The notes under the pieces: model-generated
The model's input: the letters and a program-made list of their open reading frames with translations, nothing else
What the model was told of the DNA's origin: nothing
Databases searched by the model: none
Assembly: GCF_000012345.1 (NCBI RefSeq)
Contig: NC_007205.1
Span: forward strand, 660,001-692,000
Source: Candidatus Pelagibacter ubique HTCC1062
GTDB taxonomy: Bacteria > Pseudomonadota > Alphaproteobacteria > Pelagibacterales > Pelagibacteraceae
Length of the DNA stretch: 32,000 nucleotides
Direction of reading: 5' to 3'
Shown here: one piece after another, positions 8,645-16,299 of the stretch
How the letters are laid out: the number at the start of each line of letters is the position of its first letter
Numbering within the stretch: the stretch's first letter is position 1
Position numbers and translations under genes: made by a program

Positions 8645-9265
8645 ATGAATGATAACAATATTTTAGCTGTTGTACTAGCAGGTGGAAAATCAAAAAGATT
8701 TGGGCAAGATAAAAATTGCGTAAAACTTGGATCCAAAACATTGCTAGAGCATGTTTTGTTCAAAATTAGCAATAAATTTGAAGAAATATTGATTGTCTCA
8801 AGTAATCCATTGAAGATAGAAGAAGCAAAAAATACCACAATAATTCCAGATTGTTTTAATGATCTAGGACCTTTAGCAGGAGTGCTAAGTTCCATGAAGT
8901 GGATAAAAGAAAATAAAAAATCATACAAATGGATTGCAACTTTTCCATCTGATACTCCATTTTTTGATCCAATTATTATTGAAGAATACAAAGCAAGAAT
9001 TGAACAAAGTAAAAGCAGTTTATATTTTGTTAAATCTAACGAAAAAAGACATAATATTTTTGGTTTATGGTCAATTGATTTAATGGAAAAATTAGAAGAA
9101 GATTTAGTAATAAATAATTATCGAAAAGTTGAGGAATGGGCTAATAAAGTTGGTGTGAGCACAATTGATATTAAAATAAAAAATTACGATCCTTTTTTTA
9201 ATATAAATACCAAAGAAGACCTTGATGTTGCTCAAACTATTTTAAATCTTGATAAAAATGATTGA
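8645..9265 (+). CDS. mobA: molybdenum cofactor guanylyltransferase MobA
   Basis: 206 aa. The N-terminal LAGGKSKRFG.DK nucleotide-binding motif and the GPLAG and PFF motifs are characteristic of MobA. It is divergent from the FDH operon across 43 bp. Confidence 0.85.
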   Translation: MNDNNILAVVLAGGKSKRFGQDKNCVKLGSKTLLEHVLFKISNKFEEILIVSSNPLKIEEAKNTTIIPDCFNDLGPLAGVLSSMKWIKENKKSYKWIATFPSDTPFFDPIIIEEYKARIEQSKSSLYFVKSNEKRHNIFGLWSIDLMEKLEEDLVINNYRKVEEWANKVGVSTIDIKIKNYDPFFNINTKEDLDVAQTILNLDKND

Positions 9266-10505
9266 TTACAAAAAAGCAAAAAATATTTTAATAAAATCAA
9301 AAATAAACATTAAAGATGAAGTTATAAACACATCAAAATCATTAAATAGAATTAATGTTCAAGATATTTATTGTCCTGTGAATTATCCTGCAGGAACTAA
9401 TGCTGCATTTGATGGTTTTGCTATTAATTCTAAAGACACATCTACGATTAATAAAAAAAATCCTAAAGAATTTAAAATTTTAAAATCAATATCAGCAGGT
9501 GATAATCCTAAATTAAATAAGGTAAAAAAATTTCAAGCTGTTGAAGTGATGACGGGTGCTCTAATTCCTAAATATTTTGACACCATTATTCCCATAGAAA
9601 AAATTGTGTTTACTAACAATAAAAAGTCTATCGTAATAAATGAAAAGATTAAAACTAATCAACATATAAGACATGCAGGATCTGATTATAAAAAAAATGA
9701 ATTAGTTATTAATAAAGGAACTATTATTCAGCCATCGCATATCTTAGCCTTTAAAACATTAGGTATTAAAAGCATTAAGGTTAAAAAGAAGCTTAATATT
9801 TTATTTTTTTCCACAGGAAATGAAATTTCAAATAACATAGATATTGCTGATTGGAAGGTTAGAAATTCAAACAGTCATTATATAAAATCTTTATCTAATA
9901 ATTTTTTGTTTAATTATATAGAAGGTGGAATTTTGAGAGATAAAGATGAACAGTTTTTTAAAAAACAAATTGATAAAAATCTTAGATCAAAAATAGATAT
10001 CATAGTTACCTCAGGTGCTGTTTCAGCAGGTAAACATGATTTTATCCCCTCTGTAGTAAAAAAATTTAATTTATCAAATTTTTTCAAAGGGGTGGCCATT
10101 AGACCGGGTAAACCAATTTTATTTGCTAAATTTAAAGGAAGTGAAAAGGCTTTCTTTGGGCTTCCAGGTAATCCTATTTCTTCTTCCGCCTGCTTTAGAT
10201 TTTTTGTATATCCCTATATTTTAAATATCCTTGGAGTTAAGGAGGAAAAACCTTTTAAAGCTAAGTTAAAAAATTCTTTCTTTAAGAAAAAAAATTTTAC
10301 TAGATTTATAAAAGCAAGGCTTACTACAACTCATAATGGAAATTTAGAAATCAAGGTACTCAAAGGTCAGGAATCTTTTAGAATAAAATCTTTTGTAGAG
10401 TCTAATATTTGGGGCCTATTTAAACATGGTCAGTCAAATTTTAAAAAGAGCGAACTTATTGATTGCTATTCTCCAATTGGTTCAAATATTAATATTTTTA
10501 AATAG
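9258..10505 (+). CDS. moeA: molybdopterin molybdenumtransferase MoeA
   Basis: MoeA N-terminal, central MoCF-binding (TSGAVSAGKHDF) and GLPGNPISS motifs are present. The supplied ORF begins at TTG 9249. I prefer ATG 9258 (MIDYKKAKNIL..), which overlaps the mobA stop by 8 nt. Confidence 0.85.
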   Translation: MIDYKKAKNILIKSKINIKDEVINTSKSLNRINVQDIYCPVNYPAGTNAAFDGFAINSKDTSTINKKNPKEFKILKSISAGDNPKLNKVKKFQAVEVMTGALIPKYFDTIIPIEKIVFTNNKKSIVINEKIKTNQHIRHAGSDYKKNELVINKGTIIQPSHILAFKTLGIKSIKVKKKLNILFFSTGNEISNNIDIADWKVRNSNSHYIKSLSNNFLFNYIEGGILRDKDEQFFKKQIDKNLRSKIDIIVTSGAVSAGKHDFIPSVVKKFNLSNFFKGVAIRPGKPILFAKFKGSEKAFFGLPGNPISSSACFRFFVYPYILNILGVKEEKPFKAKLKNSFFKKKNFTRFIKARLTTTHNGNLEIKVLKGQESFRIKSFVESNIWGLFKHGQSNFKKSELIDCYSPIGSNINIFK

Positions 10506-10553
10506 ATCTCATTTTTATTGTAGTGCCAATTAATAAGCATTAAGTATCGAATT

Positions 10554-11459
10554 ATGATTGAGCTAAAAAATGAAAAAATTGCAATTCCAGTAGTTTTATT
10601 AGCAGGTCTTATATGGTCCTTTGGACCTTTGGTTGTAAGATACATGGATCAACCCAATTTAGTTCCATGGCAATATATTTTTGCAAGAGGCTTAACAATT
10701 TTTTTGATTTTAAATCTTTATCTATTTTTTGAAGAAGGAAAAGATTTTTATAAGAATTATTTAAAAATCGGAATGTCGGGTGTTATTGGTGGAACTGGAC
10801 TAGGTATTGCAATGATTACCTTTATTTATTCAATAACAAATACTAGTGCGGCTGTTACTTTACTCTGTTTAGCTGCAATGCCATTTTTTACAGCTTTATT
10901 AGGTTTCTTATTTTTAAAAGAAAAAATTTCACTTAATGTTTGGATAGCTATATTTATTGCAACCGTTGGAATAATAATTATAGCCATTGGTAATACTGAA
11001 AAAAATTCTTTATTAGGGCTTATTTTTGGGATGACTTCTTCAATTGGGTTTTCTGTTTTTTCAGTGACTTTGAGATGGAAAAAAGAAACACCAAAATTTA
11101 CAACAGTAGCTTTTGCAGGTTTATTTTGCTTTGTAGTTGCTGCAATAGTTATTTTATCTAATGATATGGTTTTCTTGTCTTCAAGTTATAACGGAGCATT
11201 ATTTTCTATACATGGAACGTTAGTTTGTATGGGTTTAATTTTATATTCTATTGGATCAAAAGCAATCCCCGCTGCAGAACTTACTTTATTGTCACTTACT
11301 GAGGTTATAGGGGGAATATTTTGGGTATGGGTTCCAATTTTAGGAATTAATGAGATCCCATCGACTAATACGATAATAGGTGGCTTCTTTCTTTTTATGT
11401 CTATCATTTACTATAGTCTTACAATTAAAACTAATAGACGGTTTATCGCTCTTAATTAA
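10554..11459 (+). CDS. EamA/DMT-superfamily transporter (10 predicted TM)
   Basis: 301 aa with a two-fold repeated pattern of five hydrophobic helices, typical of EamA domains. It is the first gene of a tight four-gene unit, with a 5-nt gap to the next gene. Confidence 0.8.
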   Translation: MIELKNEKIAIPVVLLAGLIWSFGPLVVRYMDQPNLVPWQYIFARGLTIFLILNLYLFFEEGKDFYKNYLKIGMSGVIGGTGLGIAMITFIYSITNTSAAVTLLCLAAMPFFTALLGFLFLKEKISLNVWIAIFIATVGIIIIAIGNTEKNSLLGLIFGMTSSIGFSVFSVTLRWKKETPKFTTVAFAGLFCFVVAAIVILSNDMVFLSSSYNGALFSIHGTLVCMGLILYSIGSKAIPAAELTLLSLTEVIGGIFWVWVPILGINEIPSTNTIIGGFFLFMSIIYYSLTIKTNRRFIALN

Positions 11460-11464
11460 TTATA

Positions 11465-12682
11465 ATGGAAAGACCAAATTTTTTTACTCTAAAGAATGGT
11501 GAAAAGGCTAAACTACCTTTTACAGATCAAGAATATCAAAGTCGATTAACTAAATTAAGAACCACAATGAGTAAAAATAATCTTGATATGATTATTTTAA
11601 CTTCAATGCACAACATTGCTTACTATACAGGATTTATTTATTGTTCTTTTGGTAGACCTTATGGCTGTGTAGTAACGGCTAATAAAATTTCAACAATTTC
11701 AGCAAACATTGATGCTAGTCAACCTTGGCGTAGATCTCATAGTGATAATGTTATTTATACTGATTGGAAAAGAGATAATTTTTTAAAAGCAATTGTTTCA
11801 ATTATTGGAAGAGACGAACCTCCTAAGAATATTGGTATTGAAAATGATCATGTAACCTTAGATGTTAAAGAAAAGCTTACGTCTATTTTTACTTTTTCAG
11901 TTTTCAGTGATGTTTCAAAAGATTTAATGCAACTTAGAATGATTAAATCTGCCGAAGAAATAGAAATTATTAAAAATGGTGCAAGAATTGCTGATCTTGG
12001 GGGCGAAGAGATTGTCAAAAATATTAAGGTTGGAGAAAGCGAACTTGAAATTGCAATAGCCGGTAGAGATAGAATGGAACGTGAAATTGCAAAAACGTAT
12101 CCGGATGCTGAATATATGGATACCTGGGTTTGGTTTCAGTCAGGACTTAATACGGATGGTGCTCATAACCCAAAAACCAATAGAAAATTAAAATCAGGAG
12201 ATATTCTTTCTTTAAATACTTTCCCCATGATCTCAGGGTACTACACAGCTTTAGAGAGAACTCTTTTTTTAGATAAAATTGATGATGCATCCTTAAAAGC
12301 TTGGGAAGCAAATGTTAAAGTTCATAAAAGAGGACTAGAGTTAATTAAACCAGGTGTAAAATGTTCTGATATTTGTCATGAGTTGAATGAACTATTTGCT
12401 GAGCTTGGTTATCTTCATTATCGAACATTTGGTTATGGTCATTCATTTGGTGTCTTATCTCATTTCTATGGAAGAGAAGCAGGATTAGAATTACGTGAAG
12501 ATATAGATACTGTCTTAGAGGAAAACATGGTGGTTTCTATGGAACCAATGATCATGATACCAGAGGGTAAACCAGGAGCTGGTGGATATAGAGAGCATGA
12601 TATCTTGGTTATAGGAAAAGATAATGCTGAAAACATTACTAAGTTTCCTTTTGGTCCAGAACATAATATTATCAAATCATAA
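11465..12682 (+). CDS. creatinase (creatine amidinohydrolase, M24-fold, EC 3.5.3.3)
   Basis: 405 aa. Long stretches match the Pseudomonas putida creatinase sequence as I remember it: YCSFGRPYG, SISANID..QPWRR, MIKSAEE, WFQSG.NTDGAHNP, ISGYYTALERTLFLD, YRTFGYGHSFG.LSH.YGREAGLELREDIDTVLE..MVVSMEPMIM.PEG.PGAGGYREHDILV...AENITKFP.GPE.NII. Length and domain order (creatinase_N then the M24 pita-bread fold) fit. Confidence 0.85.
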   Translation: MERPNFFTLKNGEKAKLPFTDQEYQSRLTKLRTTMSKNNLDMIILTSMHNIAYYTGFIYCSFGRPYGCVVTANKISTISANIDASQPWRRSHSDNVIYTDWKRDNFLKAIVSIIGRDEPPKNIGIENDHVTLDVKEKLTSIFTFSVFSDVSKDLMQLRMIKSAEEIEIIKNGARIADLGGEEIVKNIKVGESELEIAIAGRDRMEREIAKTYPDAEYMDTWVWFQSGLNTDGAHNPKTNRKLKSGDILSLNTFPMISGYYTALERTLFLDKIDDASLKAWEANVKVHKRGLELIKPGVKCSDICHELNELFAELGYLHYRTFGYGHSFGVLSHFYGREAGLELREDIDTVLEENMVVSMEPMIMIPEGKPGAGGYREHDILVIGKDNAENITKFPFGPEHNIIKS

Positions 12683-12685
12683 ATT

Positions 12686-13798
12686 ATGAGTGAAAAAACT
12701 GTAGTTAATAGTTGGAATGAATGGGATCCTTTAAAACATGTAATTGTTGGCAAAGCTGATGGCACTTGTATTCCAGCACCAGAACCAGCTTTAGATGCAA
12801 AAGTTCCAGAGGACAGTGACATGCGAGGTCAGTTTGGACCAAGAACAAAAGATACAGTTGATAAGGCAAATGAACTTTTAGACAATTTTTCAAACATGCT
12901 TGAAAAAAGAGGTATCAAGGTTGATAGACCAGACCCAATAGATTTTAGCCAAAAAACATCTACACCAGACTGGGAGGCGGAAACAATGTTTGGCTGCATG
13001 CCACCACGAGATGTGTTGTTAACTGTGGGTAGTGAAATTTTAGAAGCCACTATGAGTTATAGATGTAGATGGTTTGAGTACCTTTGTTACCGACCATTAT
13101 TACAGAAATATTATAATGAAGACCCTAATATGAGACACGAGTCTGCGCCAAAACCAAGATTAACTGATGCAGATTATAGGAAAGATTATTTATCAGATAA
13201 AATTGGTATTCAAAAAAGATTAGAGTGGACTGAAGATAAGTTTTTTGTAACAACTGAAGAAGAACCATTATTTGATGCAGCAGATGTTTTAAGATTTGGA
13301 AAAGATTTAGTAGTTCAACATGGATTTACTACCAATCTTAAAGGAATTGATTGGCTTAAAAGACATTTTAAAGATCATAGAGTTCATGCTGTTAATTTTC
13401 CAGGTGATCCTTATCCAATTCATATCGATGCAACCTTTACTCCTATTAAAGAAGGATTAATCATTAACAACCCTCAAAGAAGACTACCAAAAGAACAAAG
13501 AAAATTATTTGAAAATAATGGATGGGAAATTATTGATAGCGCACAACCAGCACATAATGAACCACCACCATTATGTTATTCTTCAACTTGGTTATCAATG
13601 AATGTCCTAGTATTGGATCCAAAAACTGTTTGTGTTGAAAAAAGTGAAGTATATCAGGCAGAACAATTAGATAAATTAGGAATGGAAGTAATCCCTGTTG
13701 AATTAAGAGATGCTTATGCATTTGGTGGAGGTCTTCATTGTTGTACAGCAGATGTGTACCGTGAAGGTGAATTAAAAGATTATTTTCCAAAACAATAA
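12686..13798 (+). CDS. amidinotransferase-family enzyme, L-arginine:glycine amidinotransferase (AGAT)/StrB-like
   Basis: 370 aa. The N-terminal NEWDPLK..IVG and the C-terminal FGGGLHCCTADVYR match the AGAT catalytic-Cys segment (GGGFHCWT.DV.R). The gene starts 3 nt after creatinase. Confidence 0.8.
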   Translation: MSEKTVVNSWNEWDPLKHVIVGKADGTCIPAPEPALDAKVPEDSDMRGQFGPRTKDTVDKANELLDNFSNMLEKRGIKVDRPDPIDFSQKTSTPDWEAETMFGCMPPRDVLLTVGSEILEATMSYRCRWFEYLCYRPLLQKYYNEDPNMRHESAPKPRLTDADYRKDYLSDKIGIQKRLEWTEDKFFVTTEEEPLFDAADVLRFGKDLVVQHGFTTNLKGIDWLKRHFKDHRVHAVNFPGDPYPIHIDATFTPIKEGLIINNPQRRLPKEQRKLFENNGWEIIDSAQPAHNEPPPLCYSSTWLSMNVLVLDPKTVCVEKSEVYQAEQLDKLGMEVIPVELRDAYAFGGGLHCCTADVYREGELKDYFPKQ

Positions 13799-13800
13799 AT

Positions 13801-14853
13801 ATGGCAACAGTTAAAACAAAAAGAGAGCGAATAAAATTTGCTTCTGATAATGTAGCGGGCGCATGTCCTGAGGTATTAGATGCAGTATTGAAAGCTAATG
13901 ATGGTGATAGCACTCCATACGGTAATGACCAAATATCAGCCGAATTACAAAAGAAGTTTTCAGAACTATTTGAAAAAGATGTAATTGTTTTTCCAACTGC
14001 ATCAGGAACGGCTGCTAATGCATTAGCTTTAGCAACAATGACACCATCATATGGTAATATTTATTGTCATAAACTTTCTCATATTAATACAGATGAATGT
14101 GGGGCACCTGAGTTTTATACAGGGGGTGGAAAATTAGTTACTTTAAATGGAATAAATGGAAAAATAACACCTGAAGAATTAGATCAGTCTATTACTGGTA
14201 AAGGCATTGTGCATCATACTCAACCTGCCTCAGTAAGCATTACTCAAGTTTGTGAAACAGGAGAAGTATACCAATTAGATGAGATTAAAAAGATTTCTGA
14301 AATTACGCACAAGCATAATTTAAATATGCATATGGATGGAGCACGATTTGCAAACGCTTTAACTGCATTAAATTGTACTCCTGCTGAAATGACCTGGAAA
14401 TCAGGTATTGATGTTTTATCATTTGGAGCAACAAAGAATGGTTGTATTGCAGCTGAAGCAATTATTTTTTTTAATAAAGATCTAGTTGGTAATATTGCTT
14501 TTTTAATGAAAAGAGCAGGGCATTTATTGTCTAAGATGCGTTTTGTATCTGCTCAGCTTGATGCATATATTTCAAATGATGTCTGGCTAAGAAATGCAAG
14601 ACATGCAAATAAGATGGGAAAAAAATTAAGTGAAGGATTAGCAAAACATAATAGTATCAAACTAGCATACCCAACAGAAGCAAACGAAGTTTTTGCAAAA
14701 TTTCCAAGAAATATGATTGAGCATTTAAATTCAGAAGGCTACAAAATGAATGAAGATGAGCTTGATGGACAAGCAGTAAGATTAGTTGCTGCCTGGAATA
14801 CTCAAGAGAGTGATGTGGATCAATTATTAGAGACCTTAAAAAAATCTAACTAG
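13801..14853 (+). CDS. ltaE: low-specificity L-threonine aldolase (PLP-dependent, beta-eliminating lyase family)
   Basis: 350 aa. It has the FASDN..G..PEVL N-terminus, GT.AN.LAL, the H.DGAR..NA motif and a SFG.TKNG PLP-lysine segment, all characteristic of LtaE/GlyI-type threonine aldolases. The gene starts 2 nt after the amidinotransferase stop. Confidence 0.8.
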   Translation: MATVKTKRERIKFASDNVAGACPEVLDAVLKANDGDSTPYGNDQISAELQKKFSELFEKDVIVFPTASGTAANALALATMTPSYGNIYCHKLSHINTDECGAPEFYTGGGKLVTLNGINGKITPEELDQSITGKGIVHHTQPASVSITQVCETGEVYQLDEIKKISEITHKHNLNMHMDGARFANALTALNCTPAEMTWKSGIDVLSFGATKNGCIAAEAIIFFNKDLVGNIAFLMKRAGHLLSKMRFVSAQLDAYISNDVWLRNARHANKMGKKLSEGLAKHNSIKLAYPTEANEVFAKFPRNMIEHLNSEGYKMNEDELDGQAVRLVAAWNTQESDVDQLLETLKKSN

Positions 14854-15073
14854 GATTTTGTTTTAAAAATTCAATATATTTAACAACTTCATCAAATTGT
14901 TCGTCAGGTATATCTTTATAAGAGTTCTCAAAGTTCTCTTTGACACATAGAGCAACATGGGCGTAGGGATTTCTTCCTTTAGGATGATTTGGATGGCTTG
15001 GTAACTGACCTAGTAAATAATCGCCAGCTTCCTGTATCATTTTCCACAGTTTACTTGCGTTTTCTTTATTCAC
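14846..15073 (-). CDS. 75-aa hypothetical protein; the C-terminal half resembles the phage antirepressor-associated ORF6C-type motif
   Basis: The ORF starts with GTG (cac at 15071-15073) and overlaps the ltaE stop convergently by 8 nt. The segment HVALCVKENFENSYKDIPDEQFDEVVKYIEFL follows the h..al....F...sYkdIp..qFdea..yl pattern I associate with ORF6C/antirepressor C-terminal domains, from memory and unverified. Its first 20 codons are duplicated at 16308-16368. Confidence 0.5.
   Translation of the reverse strand: MNKENASKLWKMIQEAGDYLLGQLPSHPNHPKGRNPYAHVALCVKENFENSYKDIPDEQFDEVVKYIEFLKQNPS
15013..15073. repeat. R1-A: 61-bp imperfect direct repeat (partner 16308-16368)
   Basis: gtaaataatcgccagcttcctgtatcattttccacagtttacttgcgttttctttattcac matches 16308-16368 at 56 of 61 positions by hand alignment. 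Similarity stops abruptly at both ends. Confidence 0.9.
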
Positions 15074-15091
15074 ACTGTCCCATTTTTTGTT

Positions 15092-15123
15092 TCATCTCTT
15101 TTAAATCGAGTTTAAATCGAGTT
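15092..15123. promoter_or_regulatory. R2-A: 32-bp repeat containing two ATCGAGTT units spaced 11 bp apart; lies 19-50 nt upstream of the 75-aa gene start (minus strand)
   Basis: tcatctcttttaaatcgagtttaaatcgagtt. ATCGAGTT occurs at 15105-15112 and 15116-15123. The partner block is at 16160-16192. A further direct repeat, atcctat-aaa-atcctat, follows at 15124-15140. Confidence 0.45.
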
Positions 15124-15166
15124 ATCCTATAAAATCCTATGGTTATGTTTTCCAAATAAAATAATT

Positions 15167-16099
15167 TTATTTAATGTTACATCTAATTAGTTTTTCACAG
15201 GTGTCCGCCCTGCTTATACTGTCATAATAGGCTATTGTTGTTCCTGTCCATTTTTGGCTATAAACTCCAAACCTAAACATTGGCCCATGTTTTTTACCAT
15301 CTATAGTCATGACTTTGCTCAGGGTTTTGCCTTTGTGGTCTAATTTTAATTCACTATTAACCCAAATCTTAAAAAAACCTTCGTCGTTATCAGTCCAGTT
15401 TGCATGTAATATGATATCGTGCCATTTTCCTCTTACATCATCGATATCTACCAACTTTTGATAAAATTTTTTGTGTAAAGATATATTATCTTTGTGCCAT
15501 GAATTACAATACGTTACACCTGATCTGTCTGACATTAATCCGTCTTTATTGAGACGTATTGTTAGAGATATTTCTGTACAGTTTGAATCATTTTTATTTT
15601 TACCTCCTACAACATATTTCCTTGTTTTGGATAAATGTTTATTATGAGTTTTGAATTGTCCAAGTATGATCTGGCCATCAATATTTTTTGGGCGATTGCT
15701 CTCCTTAGGAATATATATACTCCATGAGTACCATTGATTTCCTGTTTCCCCCATAGATTTTGGATAATCCATAATTATCTCAGACCTTCCAATCCATTTT
15801 TCTGAAGTTCTTTTACAGTCTCCTTTATTTTTTTTAGGTCCACAATCATCTTTTCTTTTTTCAAATCTAAGAGAATATTCTCCATCTCTAACTATATCTT
15901 TTGAATATCGAAGAGCCCAAGGGGCATTACTTTGCCATCCATGCGTCCTCCAATTTTTGGACCATGTCCCTACATCCTCTAACCATTTTATTTTTTGATC
16001 TGGTTTAAAAATATAATTTTCTTTAAAATATTTTTTTTTAGCATAGGAATTGTTAGCAAATAACAAGGTTATAATTAGTAAGAAAATTATTTTTTTCAT
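15167..16099 (-). CDS. secreted concanavalin-fold protein, polysaccharide-lyase-like (PF14099-type heparin/alginate/glucuronan-lyase-like fold)
   Basis: 310 aa with an ATG start. It has an N-terminal signal peptide (MKKIIFLLIITLLFANNSYA|KKK) and six Cys, consistent with an extracytoplasmic protein. The motif order is SLRFE...RSEI...YSWSIYIP...ILGQFKTH...GKWHDIILHANWTDNDEGFFKIWVN...GPMFRFGVY. This matches my recollection of the Polysacc_lyase (PF14099) family pattern (RxE..., QxH, WHD..., G....W.NG, FK.G.Y). The CDS call is strong; the function is tentative. Confidence 0.7.
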   Translation of the reverse strand: MKKIIFLLIITLLFANNSYAKKKYFKENYIFKPDQKIKWLEDVGTWSKNWRTHGWQSNAPWALRYSKDIVRDGEYSLRFEKRKDDCGPKKNKGDCKRTSEKWIGRSEIIMDYPKSMGETGNQWYSWSIYIPKESNRPKNIDGQIILGQFKTHNKHLSKTRKYVVGGKNKNDSNCTEISLTIRLNKDGLMSDRSGVTYCNSWHKDNISLHKKFYQKLVDIDDVRGKWHDIILHANWTDNDEGFFKIWVNSELKLDHKGKTLSKVMTIDGKKHGPMFRFGVYSQKWTGTTIAYYDSISRADTCEKLIRCNIK

Positions 16100-16159
16100 A
16101 ATCCAAGATTAACAAATTCTGAACAATGAGTCTATTTGCTTTAAAAATAGCTATTTGAT

Positions 16160-16192
16160 TTATCTATTTTAAATCGAGTTTAGCATCGAGTT
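16160..16192. promoter_or_regulatory. R2-B: 33-bp repeat with two ATCGAGTT units spaced 12 bp apart; lies 61-93 nt upstream of the lyase-like gene start (minus strand)
   Basis: ttatctattttaaatcgagtttagcatcgagtt. ATCGAGTT occurs at 16173-16180 and 16185-16192. It aligns with 15092-15123 with 2 mismatches plus a 1-nt indel and 1 mismatch in the spacer. Confidence 0.45.
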
Positions 16193-16299
16193 TTTTAATT
16201 AAATTGACGAGTCTTTAAGTGATTTATTTCAAGCTAATTTTTTAATATCCGCATAAGTACTGTAGAATAGTGTAGCTTAATGCAGGATAGGTTGAACCT

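Noticed and set aside
8623-8991. 122-aa ORF on the minus strand overlapping the start of mobA
   Set aside because: It is entirely antisense to mobA, whose product has clear family motifs. Its translation is low-complexity (S/I/L/F/N-rich), as expected from reading an AT-rich gene backwards. It would also consume the whole divergent promoter spacer.
9249-9257. TTG start for moeA as listed in the ORF track
   Set aside because: An ATG three codons downstream (9258) gives the usual MoeA N-terminus and an ATGA-type overlap with the mobA stop. The TTG is probably just the longest-ORF artefact.
12466-13913. Minus-strand ORFs of 118, 62, 73 and 127 aa across creatinase, amidinotransferase and ltaE
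   Set aside because: All are antisense to CDS with strong homology-type evidence. There are no start contexts or motifs, so I consider them spurious.
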